Source: a bacterium
GTDB taxonomy: Bacteria > UBA10199 > 2-02-FULL-44-16 > JAAZCA01
Length of the DNA: 64,000 nt
Assembly (NCBI GenBank): GCA_963674695.2
Contig: CAXXGI010000003.1
Span: 288,001-352,000, forward strand
Direction: 5' to 3'
The translations under genes were made by a program, and so were the position numbers. The notes beneath the pieces are model-generated. The model saw only the letters and a list, made by a program, of their open reading frames with translations, had not been told where the DNA came from and did not search any database. Positions 1 to 9,473 of the stretch are shown piece after piece. Positions within the stretch are counted from its first letter, which is position 1; each line of letters opens with the position of its first letter.

Positions 1-2
1 AG

Positions 3-2033
3 CGGCCCTCAACGCCCGCTGCGCCCGGCGCGCCGCGCGAAGATTGGCGGGATAAGCAGCGTCGGAGTCGCCGACGGAAGAGTCGTGCAGAGCTCGAGAT
101 GGAAGCTATCCAGCGCACGGGTGGCCTGCGCCAGTTCGTGGGCGACTTCAAGGGTGGGCCCGCCGTGGAGGGTGCTCCTTCCGTCGATCGCATCTATCAG
201 CCGGGGTCGACGGGACGGCGCCGCAAGACGCTGCGCAAGGATTTCAAGAGGACCTCCATTACGGAACCCAAGGCGATCAAGAAGGTCATTCGCATGGAAG
301 AGGGCATCAGCGTGGCCTCACTCTCGCAGTCGCTTGGGGTCAAGGCGGGTGAACTCATTAAGAAGTTGATGGGCCTGGAGATCATGGCGACCGTCAATCA
401 GATGGTCGATCGCGACACCGCCACGCTCATCTCTGAGGAATATGGCTACACGGTCGAACGGAGCGGATTCAATGAAGAGGATGTTCTCATCGAGCCCGAG
501 GCGCATGTCTCCGTCGAAAACCTGACGCCGCGCGCACCGGTGGTGACGGTGATGGGGCACGTCGATCACGGCAAGACCTCCGTTCTGGATGTCATTCGCA
601 AAAGCAACGTGGTCAGTGGCGAGGCTGGTGGAATTACCCAGCACATCGGTGCCTACGAGGTAGCGCATTCGAAGGGAACGATCACCTTTATCGATACCCC
701 AGGGCACGCGGCTTTCACGACCATGCGTATGCGCGGCGCCCAGGTGACCGATATCGTCATTCTCGTCGTCGCGGCCGATGACGGCATCATGCCGCAGACG
801 GTCGAGGCGATCGACCATGCCAAGGCCGCAGGCGTTCCGATCATCGTGGCAATCAACAAGATCGACATCGCCGATGCTCAGCCCGATCGAGTCAAGCAGG
901 CCATGACCGAACACGGTCTCGTCCCCGAAGATTGGGGCGGCGATATCATCTGCGTGCCGACCTCCGCCAAGACCAAAGAGGGGATCGACACGCTCCTCGA
1001 TATGGTGCTGCTGCAGGCCGAGGTGCTCGAACTCAAGGCGGATCCGACCATCCGCGCCAAGGGCGTGGTCATCGAGGCGATGCTCGACCGTGGGCGCGGA
1101 CCGGTGGCGACCGTCCTGATTCAGGAGGGGACGCTTCGAACGGGTGACTATATTGTCTGCGGTACCTACGAGGGCAAAGTGCGCGCGATGCTCGATGCCA
1201 CGGGGAATCAGATCAGCGAGGCGAGTTTGTCCAAGCCGGTCGAGATTTTGGGGTTGTCGGGCGTGCCCACAGCCGGTGACGATATGGTGGGCGTCGAAGA
1301 CGATCGCGGGGCACGGCTCGTGGCCGAGCAGCGTCGCGTGAAGGCGCGCGAGAAGGATCTGATGCGGCCGGTGCATGCTTCTCTCGAAGATCTCACGCGC
1401 CAGCTCGAGGCGGGCGAATCGCACGAACTGGCGGTCATCATCAAGGCCGATGTGAACGGTTCGCTCGAAGCGGTGCGCGATTCGTTGGAGAAGCTCTCCA
1501 CCGATCAGGTTCGGATCAAGGTGCTCCACGGCGGTGTGGGAACCATCAACGAAAGCGATGTGATGCTGGCCTCAGCCTCCAACGCGATCGTGGTCGGGTT
1601 CAACGTGACGGCCGATGCGAATGCGCGCAGGGCGTCCGAGAGCGAGGGGATCGATGTGCGTACCTATCGCATCATCTACGAGATGATCGACGAAGTGCGC
1701 AAGGCCATGGAAGGATTGCTCGCCCCCGAAGAGAAGGAAGTTTCGCTGGGCATCGCCGAAGTGCGCGAGGCGTTCAGTGTGTCCAAGATTGGAACCATCG
1801 CGGGCTGCATGGTGACCTCGGGCAAGATTCAGCGCAATGCGCGCGCACGGTTGGTGCGCGACCAGGCTATCATCTTCGACGGCAAGATCTCTTCGCTCAA
1901 GCGCTTCAAGGAGGATGCGAAAGAGGTGGCCGAAGGACACGAGTGCGGCATCGGCTTGGAGAACTTCAACGACATCAAGGCCGGCGACACGCTCGATATC
2001 TACCGCATCGATCAGATCGCGGCGAAACTCTAA
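3..2033 (+). CDS. infB: Translation initiation factor IF-2 (5' end outside window)
   Basis: [17 protein letters not shown] GTPase motifs; C-terminal [17 protein letters not shown]; frame open to window start. Confidence 0.98.
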   Translation, partial: RPSTPAAPGAPREDWRDKQRRSRRRKSRAELEMEAIQRTGGLRQFVGDFKGGPAVEGAPSVDRIYQPGSTGRRRKTLRKDFKRTSITEPKAIKKVIRMEEGISVASLSQSLGVKAGELIKKLMGLEIMATVNQMVDRDTATLISEEYGYTVERSGFNEEDVLIEPEAHVSVENLTPRAPVVTVMGHVDHGKTSVLDVIRKSNVVSGEAGGITQHIGAYEVAHSKGTITFIDTPGHAAFTTMRMRGAQVTDIVILVVAADDGIMPQTVEAIDHAKAAGVPIIVAINKIDIADAQPDRVKQAMTEHGLVPEDWGGDIICVPTSAKTKEGIDTLLDMVLLQAEVLELKADPTIRAKGVVIEAMLDRGRGPVATVLIQEGTLRTGDYIVCGTYEGKVRAMLDATGNQISEASLSKPVEILGLSGVPTAGDDMVGVEDDRGARLVAEQRRVKAREKDLMRPVHASLEDLTRQLEAGESHELAVIIKADVNGSLEAVRDSLEKLSTDQVRIKVLHGGVGTINESDVMLASASNAIVVGFNVTADANARRASESEGIDVRTYRIIYEMIDEVRKAMEGLLAPEEKEVSLGIAEVREAFSVSKIGTIAGCMVTSGKIQRNARARLVRDQAIIFDGKISSLKRFKEDAKEVAEGHECGIGLENFNDIKAGDTLDIYRIDQIAAKL

Positions 2034-2037
2034 CGAC

Positions 2038-2118
2038 CGTGACACGTGACACGTAACCCGTGATTCGTAATTGGTGATGAAGGATTTTACCAATCACAAA
2101 TCACAGATCACCAATCAC
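2038..2118. repeat. Degenerate 7-mer array plus reverse-complement array between infB and rbfA
   Basis: CGTGACA x2, CGTAACC, CGTGATT, CGTAATT, GGTGATG; spacer; CAATCAC, AAATCAC, AGATCAC, CAATCAC. Confidence 0.8.
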
Positions 2119-2127
2119 TGTTCTTCT

Positions 2128-2502
2128 ATGAATCGGAATCTTCCCTATAATCGTGCCGAGCGTCTGGCGCACGAGATGTTGCAGGTGCTCGCGCAGGCGG
2201 TGGCAACCGAGGTTGCCGACCCGCGTGTGAAAGGGGCTCGGATCACGCGCGTGCGCATGACATCGGATCTGCGCCTGGCGCGCATCTCTTTTTATCTCCA
2301 CGATTCGACCCCGGAGCAGCAGGAGGCAGCGCTGGCGGGACTCATGCGCGCGGCCGGTTTTCTCAAGCGCCGCATCGGGCGGGAGATCACACTCAAGTTT
2401 ATGCCGGAGCTGACGTTTTTCTACGACGAAAAGATTGACGGTGTGGTACGCATCGAGGAGCTCATCGATTCCCTTCACGAACGGGAGCCGCACGATGATT
2501 GA
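2128..2502 (+). CDS. rbfA: Ribosome-binding factor A
   Basis: DPRV..ITRVRMTSDL..A; AAGFLKRRIG; PELTFFYD; follows infB. Start placed after the repeat. Confidence 0.93.
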   Translation: MNRNLPYNRAERLAHEMLQVLAQAVATEVADPRVKGARITRVRMTSDLRLARISFYLHDSTPEQQEAALAGLMRAAGFLKRRIGREITLKFMPELTFFYDEKIDGVVRIEELIDSLHEREPHDD

Positions 2503-3508
2503 TTATGTCTCTTTCAGTGAACAGTTGAAACGGGCGAAACGCGTGTTGATCGTTTCGCACTACAGCCCCGACGGCGACGCCATCGGTTCGACCATCGCCC
2601 TGGGGTTGGCGATCGAGCGCAGGGGAAAAGAGGTCGTGCTCTACAACCGCGACGGTGTTCCCACACAGGTGGCGCATCTGCCGGAATGCGGGCGGATCGA
2701 GCAGAGTCTTGATCCGAAATCTTCCTTCGACATGACGATCATGGTCGACTGTGCGCAACCCAAGCGTGTCTCCGACGAGTTCGATGCCCTTGCGGGCAAA
2801 GGGGTGCTGGCCATCATCGATCACCACATCCTGGAACAGACGCCCGCCGAGGTGACGCTCATCGACGATGGGGCGGCCTCCACCGGCGAGGTGGTCCTGC
2901 GCTTCATGGACCACGAGGGGATGGAGCTCGATACTCCGATTGCCGAGTGCATCTACACCACGCTCGTGGTCGACACCGGTTTCTTCCGCTATTCGAACAC
3001 GAACGAGCGCGTCCTGGCCCTGGCCAGCCGCCTCGTCGCCGCCGGTGCCAGTCCTTGGGCCACCGCCCGGCAGATGGAGGAGAGCTATACCCCGGCGCGG
3101 ATGAAGCTCTTGGGTCTGGCGCTCGAGAGCATCGCGTTCGAGTATGATGGGCAGTACTCCCATATGACGGTGACCCAGCAGATGCTCACGCAGGCGGGGG
3201 CGAAAATGGATGAGACGGACGAGTTCGCCACCTATCCGCGCGCAGTCGCGGGTGTGGAAGTCTCCGCGCTCTTCCGCGAGATGGACGATGGCGGGGTGAA
3301 GGTGAGCCTGCGGTCGAAGGATCGCGTCGATGTGGCGATGATCGCCAAGCAGTTCGAAGGCGGTGGGCATGCCCGAGCCGCCGGCTGCCGGATGAAGGGG
3401 ACTGTTGCCCAGATGCAGCAGGCCATACGAACCGCGGTTGAAAAAGCCCTCACGGGCAAATCCAAAATCCAAAGCTCAAATGTCGAAACACATTCCAAAT
3501 CCAAATGA
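2495..3508 (+). CDS. nrnA: DHH/DHHA1 phosphoesterase (NrnA-like nanoRNase/pAp phosphatase)
   Basis: HxxPDGDAIGS, IDHH, DTGxF, SLRS, GGGHxxAAG motifs; rbfA-truB context. Confidence 0.9.
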   Translation: MIDYVSFSEQLKRAKRVLIVSHYSPDGDAIGSTIALGLAIERRGKEVVLYNRDGVPTQVAHLPECGRIEQSLDPKSSFDMTIMVDCAQPKRVSDEFDALAGKGVLAIIDHHILEQTPAEVTLIDDGAASTGEVVLRFMDHEGMELDTPIAECIYTTLVVDTGFFRYSNTNERVLALASRLVAAGASPWATARQMEESYTPARMKLLGLALESIAFEYDGQYSHMTVTQQMLTQAGAKMDETDEFATYPRAVAGVEVSALFREMDDGGVKVSLRSKDRVDVAMIAKQFEGGGHARAAGCRMKGTVAQMQQAIRTAVEKALTGKSKIQSSNVETHSKSK

Positions 3509-3577
3509 CCAATGCTCAACGGTTTCGTTGTAGAAGTTATTCGACATTTTGTATTTGGATTTAGAGATTGGAATTTT
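3457..3577. repeat. AT-rich degenerate CAAAT-type array with inverted partner, overlapping the nrnA 3' end
   Basis: CAAATCCAAAATCCAAAGCTCAAATGTCGAA ... TTCGACATTTTGTATTTGGATTT; AAATGTCGAA (3478) is the exact reverse complement of TTCGACATTT (3540). Confidence 0.7.
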
Positions 3578-3579
3578 AT

Positions 3580-4260
3580 ATGGACGGAATTCTCATTATC
3601 GATAAGCCCGCAGGCCCCACGTCGCACGACGTCGTTCAGATCGTCAAGCGATTGACTGGTGCCAATAAAGTGGGACACCTGGGCACCCTCGATCCGGCCG
3701 CGACCGGCGTGCTTCCGCTCGTCCTCAATGGGGCGACCAAGCGGGCCGCCGAACTCGCTGGAATCGAGAAGGTCTATGAGTTCGACCTCTGCCTTGGGGT
3801 CACCACCGACTCGGATGATGACACCGGAAAGGTGCTCGAAGAACAGTCTGTTTCCAATGACTTGCAATCTACTTTAAAGGTTGAACTTGAAGAGTTCATC
3901 GGCAATATCCTCCAGCGTCCGCCTCAATTTTCGGCCATCAAGGTGGGGGGGAAGCGTGCCTATAAGAGCGCTCGCAAGGGGTTCGATCCCCGGTTGGAGC
4001 CACGCCCTATCCACATCGATTCGATCGAGATCGTCGGGGGGAAGTGGCCTCGGCTCCGCCTTCGGGTCGAATGCCGCAGCGGCACCTACGTTCGCTCGCT
4101 CGCCCGTGACATCGGCGAAAAATTGGGCTGTGGTGGTCATGCCGCCGAAATCCGACGCTTTCGGAGCGGAAAATGGCGTATCGAAGATGCCGTTTCTCTC
4201 GATGCGCTCCAGGAAAAACCCGCGTGCTGGAAAGATGCCCTCATTTTGCTCGATGGGTGA
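3580..4260 (+). CDS. truB: tRNA pseudouridine(55) synthase
   Basis: DKPxGxTSHD, GHxGTLDP, PPxFSAIK, CxSGTYVRSLARDIG. Confidence 0.96.
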   Translation: MDGILIIDKPAGPTSHDVVQIVKRLTGANKVGHLGTLDPAATGVLPLVLNGATKRAAELAGIEKVYEFDLCLGVTTDSDDDTGKVLEEQSVSNDLQSTLKVELEEFIGNILQRPPQFSAIKVGGKRAYKSARKGFDPRLEPRPIHIDSIEIVGGKWPRLRLRVECRSGTYVRSLARDIGEKLGCGGHAAEIRRFRSGKWRIEDAVSLDALQEKPACWKDALILLDG

Positions 4261-4380
4261 TTTTCGTCATAAACACCACTCCATGTCATTTTATTGACGA
4301 CCCTTCTCATCCTGATTGGTGCGGATCTCCCCAAACATCCCCTATTCGGTATATTTCCGATCTCTTTGCTGCGTGGCTTA

Positions 4381-4396
4381 TGGCACGTTGCATGCA
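4381..4396 (+). promoter_or_regulatory. Putative sigma54 (-24/-12) promoter
   Basis: TGGCACGTTGCATGCA = GG-N10-GC, one mismatch to TGGCACG-N4-TTGCW, about 40 nt upstream of ORF 4437. Confidence 0.6.
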
Positions 4397-4436
4397 GACA
4401 AATCTATATGGTGAGGGGTGAAATGCAGGAGGTCCT

Positions 4437-6398
4437 ATGCGGTACCATCGCTGTCCTATGTCCGTCGTTTCTCTGGTCGTCTTGATCATTCTCTTCGTTT
4501 TGACCGCCCCGGCGCAGGCACAATTCTCACGTGCCGGTGGTCTGTCGATCAAGCGGGCACCCGCTGTCGCCCCGGCGGCGGGCGGGGCCGAAACCGAGAA
4601 TGCGTCAGACGAAGCAAATCAGGGGATGGGCGAGTCGGCGCTCTATATGCTCTTGCAGGGGTATGCCTATAAAGACGATTCCTCGATCGTCGGCTGTCCC
4701 GCTGGGCTCCATCAGCCCGGGGGCGAGGATGTTCCGGCCTATGCGGTGGCCACGCGCATTGGCGAGCCGTTGCCGGACGGTTCCTCTCTCCTGCTCGTGG
4801 ATGTGGATCTCATCGATGAAGAGAGCGGTGAGACGAGCCGATTGCCGCTCGTCTGCCCCGATCCAGACGATGGAGGCATTCCGGTGCTGGCCGATCAGCG
4901 CTATCAAGTCGTCGTGGCCGTGGCGCCGAAGAACATGACCTATGACGTGCGCTTGATCGTCGGATCGCAGGGCGATGAGAAGCCGGTGACCAAGCCGATC
5001 GATCTGAGCTATCTGTTGCATCACATGGAGGTGCCGGGCCTGCCGGAGGGCGAGGTCGAACCCGAGGGACCGGAAGTGCAGGAACCGGAGGTCGAGGCTC
5101 CGGAGATGGGGATGGAAGCGGATGTACAGAAGATTGAACTCGATGCGGAGGAGAAGAACGCGATCGACGTGGGTCGCGACACGCCCGGTATCGGTGAGGG
5201 ACTGATTCCCGGCGATAAATTTCACATCGGAAATGACAGAAGGGTTGGCGTTGGCCTGGGCACGGGGTTTATGCCGGGCACGGTTCCGGGCGGGGGCCAG
5301 ACGAGCGACAGCATAACAATTCCGGGACAGAATATTCCAGGCGGGGGGAATGAAATCGGCGGATCGCACAATGGAATCGTGGACAACGATGTGGAGATCC
5401 CTGGCCATGGCATCGATGATCATTTTTCCGGAGATGATACCAATGATACCGTTCCGGGCAACGTCAATAACGAAGGAAAGATGATCCCAGGAGATACCGA
5501 TGCTCCATCCGGTCGTAACGATGGGACCGGCCCGGATGGAAAGACGGCTGCTGATTGGATGAACAACTATTCTCCGGGTGATGACATGGTCGATACGAGC
5601 GGCCAAGAGACGAACGTTTCAAATGGCATCGAACAAGGGCAGCGTGGCGCGGGTCAGGGATCCGATCTGGCCCAGGAGACGGAGAACAAAATCGATTCGA
5701 CAAGGAGAGGGGCGTCCGAAGGAGTGGTGGAGACGGGGGAAGAATGGAACAACGAAGGGCAGACCACGACTGAGGTGATCATCGGAGATGAATCGGCTGC
5801 TTACGTCGACGGGGAACGCATGGATGCGGATGATGAACGAAATGCTATCGCCGATGCCTTTAGCGGGCCGGTGGCTTCTAACTTGGATGAGGGGCAGTCC
5901 AGCGACGATGATGACGCTACGACGGGCGATGATGATGACGCCACGACGGGCGACGATGACGATGATGATGACGATACCACCACCGCAACAGGCGACGACG
6001 ATGACGACGACGATGATGACAGCGAGGCGCTCCCCAATCCCTATGCGGAGGATGAATCGGCCGATGGGAGTCTCACGCCCGCCGATATCATGTGGTGGCG
6101 GATGCAGGTCGGAAACGGCGTGGGGTGGTTTCTTCAGACGATCTCCGGCGGTCGCTTTGGCGATCCGATCGAGGACGTCGAGGAGACCTACGATACCCGC
6201 CCGGCGATGAACCGCATCGGCGGAACGCTCGGCGACAAGGGGGACATCGACACGGTTGACGAGGACGACGATGACGATACGGGCGTGGTGGCGCCGATGA
6301 CGCCGGAGCAGCAGCGCGAGCTCATCGAATCGGGCGGCAAGGTGGGGCCGCGGGTCATCGAGGGACATCGCAGCAATATGCAGATTGAGCGGAAGTGA
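4437..6398 (+). CDS. Secreted acidic low-complexity protein (Gly/Pro-rich centre, GDDDD repeats)
   Basis: Signal peptide ending AQA; Asp-rich TTGDDDD repeats about 5900-6020; 653-aa ORF. Confidence 0.75.
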   Translation: MRYHRCPMSVVSLVVLIILFVLTAPAQAQFSRAGGLSIKRAPAVAPAAGGAETENASDEANQGMGESALYMLLQGYAYKDDSSIVGCPAGLHQPGGEDVPAYAVATRIGEPLPDGSSLLLVDVDLIDEESGETSRLPLVCPDPDDGGIPVLADQRYQVVVAVAPKNMTYDVRLIVGSQGDEKPVTKPIDLSYLLHHMEVPGLPEGEVEPEGPEVQEPEVEAPEMGMEADVQKIELDAEEKNAIDVGRDTPGIGEGLIPGDKFHIGNDRRVGVGLGTGFMPGTVPGGGQTSDSITIPGQNIPGGGNEIGGSHNGIVDNDVEIPGHGIDDHFSGDDTNDTVPGNVNNEGKMIPGDTDAPSGRNDGTGPDGKTAADWMNNYSPGDDMVDTSGQETNVSNGIEQGQRGAGQGSDLAQETENKIDSTRRGASEGVVETGEEWNNEGQTTTEVIIGDESAAYVDGERMDADDERNAIADAFSGPVASNLDEGQSSDDDDATTGDDDDATTGDDDDDDDDTTTATGDDDDDDDDDSEALPNPYAEDESADGSLTPADIMWWRMQVGNGVGWFLQTISGGRFGDPIEDVEETYDTRPAMNRIGGTLGDKGDIDTVDEDDDDDTGVVAPMTPEQQRELIESGGKVGPRVIEGHRSNMQIERK

Positions 6399-8755
6399 GG
6401 TTTGGAATGCGTTGTGCGAGATGCATGGTGGGAGTCATTCTGGTTTGCTCTGCGTGTGCGTATCACGCACACGCCGCGCAGGTGGTTCGGCGCTCGATTC
6501 CCACCGTACGCACGCAGCCGAACGTTTCGGTCGATGTTCCCGTCGGACTGACCAGCTCGCTCGCGGCGCTACGCGAAAAACTCTCCGGTACGGAGCTCTC
6601 TGATACGCGCCAGCGCGCGGCGATCGAGGCCTGGATCAATGCGCAGCCCGAGGTGCAGGCAGCACGGGCGGCAAGCGGCGATATCGCGGCAGCACTGGCG
6701 CAATCGGCCTTGCCGCCGGCGCTCGACGGGATGCCCGAGGCGCTCATCGCGCGGGTCAAAGCGGTGACCGGAAAATTCTCGACCGGGGCGCTGGCCCTCA
6801 CGGTCGAGGATGCGCAGGCGCTTCCGGGGCTCGCCCTCGAGTCGGACGATCAGACGGGCGCCATCATACGCCAGCTCTATCGCCGCGAATACGGGAGCGG
6901 CGTGCTGCACGACGTGGGTGCGTATCTCGATGCGGAGACCGATGCGGTCTTTGCGATGACGGTCGCGGCGTTGGCACTCCCTGCGCGCAAGGGGGCGGCG
7001 CTCCTTCCCGCCCAGCAGCGCATGGCGGAGAAGCTGCGTGCAGACGACGAGACGACCGCACGCGTATCGGCCTATTTTCTCTGGAGCGGGCTCGGCATGC
7101 TCTTGCAGCGCGCGCCGGACGGTCCCTTTGCAGAGGATGGATCACTTTCGGAACTGTTTGCGAATCGTGTTCGCGAACGCGTTTTCGCCGCTTCGAAATC
7201 AATGCCCGAATCGGTTTTCCAGCAGCTCTCTTTTCTCGGCGATGAGGATTCTGTTGCGGCGTTGCGCAATATTGCACCAGCCTTTTTCGAACTGTTGCGG
7301 CGCAAGTCCCAGGAGATCGTCCTCTCCGATGGGCCGAGCGATCAGGAGGTCCTGGAGGAGTCGACCAGACCAGATCTGGGCCTCGTTGTGCCGACAGTGG
7401 CATCGGCAGCGAGCAAGGTGGACGACAAGTCAGAGGTAACCATACTCGTGAGCAGCGATTCTCGTCTTTGGAAGAACATGCAGCGGGCGGTGTCATGGAT
7501 GACGCGCGTGGCCGCTTTGGCCTCAAGTGCTCTCCCGACGACATGGGGGACGCAGGACCAACAGGTTTTTTTGGACGACCTGTGCCTTTTCTTTCACGCT
7601 CTTGCACAGGTGACCGTCTTGGATGATGCCTTTGTCGTGCGGGAAGATAATGTATCGGAGGAAGTCGAACGGATGGCCAATGCCGTCGCTCGTCTGCTCA
7701 ACGGGGCCCAACTCGTCGAATTCGGCAATTCCGCTACGCTTGCAGGATATAGAGGGTCAAGTGAGCCGGGAAGCCATTCGACGCTGTTGCTCTCACCGAT
7801 TTTTTTCGCCTATGGTGGTCCGGAACAGTGGGCTGCGACGCTTGTCCATGAGTTTGCGCATGCTTTTCTTGATCGCATCGGACCAGTGTTAATGAGGCAG
7901 CCTTTCTTAGATGGACCCGCACTTATTCCCAGTCCGGATTATCCCTATCAGGCATTGGTGACGGTTTCCGGTATCGGACTCTTTGTGGAGGGCATGGCTG
8001 TTGCCACGGAGGAAACTTTCCTGGCCGTCAGCCAATCAGGTGCGCGTTCGTTGGATGGAGTGAGTCAACAAGTCGGGGATCGCTCGGGCCTCGTCGATGT
8101 TTTTCGCGAGGGGTCGATGATCGAGGATATTCTGTTGGCTGGCGTTGCCTCCTATGGGGGTTGTGGCGATTTTACAGATCAATTCCATCCCTACGGTTCA
8201 TGTCGTCGTTACGTCGCTTATTTCGATGGGGGGGTGAGGCCCGAGCAGGCCTTCTATCCGCGGGCCATTCGAAACACGTTTGCCCATGTTCAGATTCTCC
8301 TTGAGGAGAATCTTGATCGTTATGGACGGCTTCATCATCCATTAAAAATTCCGAACATTACACATCGCTATCGCGGTCTTATGGTTGATTCTGGTTCCGA
8401 TCTCGGAAATTGGGCGGCGCCACAGCAGCTGGAATCGTGGCGATATGCGTCCAAGCGTTCTTCCCTCCCCGCACTTGATCCCTGTACTCCTTTTGCGCTT
8501 TTCGGCCTTTATGAAGAGACAATCGGTGGAGTGAATATAGGATTCATCGATGTTCTTCCCTATTTCCCGATCGCGCATTACTATGGGTTTCGCTCGGATG
8601 AGCATGGAGAAGAACGCTTTGCGCCAAATGTTGTGGTCAGCGTTCCGCCCGAGGGGACTATGACACAGCCGTTTTCTGTGAATGTTGAGTACGACAGAGC
8701 TTTTGCTGAACATGAGCGAGAGCTCGCGGGGTGTCAGTCGTCCCCGCCCAAATGA
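6395..8755 (+). CDS. Secreted putative zinc metallopeptidase (HExxH...E)
   Basis: Signal peptide (AHAA); TLVHEFAH with downstream EGMA; GTGA overlap with the upstream gene. Confidence 0.6.
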   Translation: MRFGMRCARCMVGVILVCSACAYHAHAAQVVRRSIPTVRTQPNVSVDVPVGLTSSLAALREKLSGTELSDTRQRAAIEAWINAQPEVQAARAASGDIAAALAQSALPPALDGMPEALIARVKAVTGKFSTGALALTVEDAQALPGLALESDDQTGAIIRQLYRREYGSGVLHDVGAYLDAETDAVFAMTVAALALPARKGAALLPAQQRMAEKLRADDETTARVSAYFLWSGLGMLLQRAPDGPFAEDGSLSELFANRVRERVFAASKSMPESVFQQLSFLGDEDSVAALRNIAPAFFELLRRKSQEIVLSDGPSDQEVLEESTRPDLGLVVPTVASAASKVDDKSEVTILVSSDSRLWKNMQRAVSWMTRVAALASSALPTTWGTQDQQVFLDDLCLFFHALAQVTVLDDAFVVREDNVSEEVERMANAVARLLNGAQLVEFGNSATLAGYRGSSEPGSHSTLLLSPIFFAYGGPEQWAATLVHEFAHAFLDRIGPVLMRQPFLDGPALIPSPDYPYQALVTVSGIGLFVEGMAVATEETFLAVSQSGARSLDGVSQQVGDRSGLVDVFREGSMIEDILLAGVASYGGCGDFTDQFHPYGSCRRYVAYFDGGVRPEQAFYPRAIRNTFAHVQILLEENLDRYGRLHHPLKIPNITHRYRGLMVDSGSDLGNWAAPQQLESWRYASKRSSLPALDPCTPFALFGLYEETIGGVNIGFIDVLPYFPIAHYYGFRSDEHGEERFAPNVVVSVPPEGTMTQPFSVNVEYDRAFAEHERELAGCQSSPPK

Positions 8756-8986
8756 GTGTGGAATAAGTCATTGTATTGCAAGTAGTTAGGATGAAATCGT
8801 TCTTGCGTTTTCGTTCGGGGTGGGAGTCGATTTTCCCAATTCCATTTGAAAAATAACCCTTTACAGTCCGAATGGGGGTGTGATAGTCACGGCCCCTCAC
8901 TGCGGGGTGGATCTTTCGGAAAGCCCGGAAGGGGTCTGCGCCGACAGCACGTGGGCGGGGTAAACCGCTCGAAAGGATGGAACATC

Positions 8987-9256
8987 ATGTCGTTGGCACT
9001 CGTGAAGAAGACCGAACTCATCAACAAATTTCAGACGCATGAGGGCGATACCGGCTCGGCCGAGGTCCAGATTGCGTTGCTGACCGAGCGTATCACCACG
9101 CTCACCGATCACTTCAAGACGCATAAGAAGGATCATCACAGCCGTCGCGGCCTGCTCAAGATGGTGAGCCGTCGGCGCAAGCTCCTCGACTATATGAAGA
9201 AGCACAACGTCGCGGGCTACAAGACGATCATCGGGGAACTGGGTATCCGGAAATAG
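8987..9256 (+). CDS. rpsO: 30S ribosomal protein S15
   Basis: [26 protein letters not shown]. Confidence 0.98.
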   Translation: MSLALVKKTELINKFQTHEGDTGSAEVQIALLTERITTLTDHFKTHKKDHHSRRGLLKMVSRRRKLLDYMKKHNVAGYKTIIGELGIRK

Positions 9257-9473
9257 TTCCCGGAAGGCGAGTTCGGAGGATGCGGAGCTGATAATTTATT
9301 CGTGCGCTCGTGTGTATCGAGCGTTCGGGTAAGTTATCAGTTCATCCCATCCGTGAGACGACCGCCGTACCCACCATTTCCCTTGTACAAGAGCGGAGCC
9401 ATTCACCCGACAGCATGGAGCCCTTTGGGTCTCGCTGCGCGTGTGTATGCGCTGTGCACAGAGGAGGACGCAT

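Noticed and set aside
8903-8980. Defined S15 leader RNA family upstream of rpsO
   Set aside because: Hairpins are plausible but I cannot assign a family without a covariance-model search.
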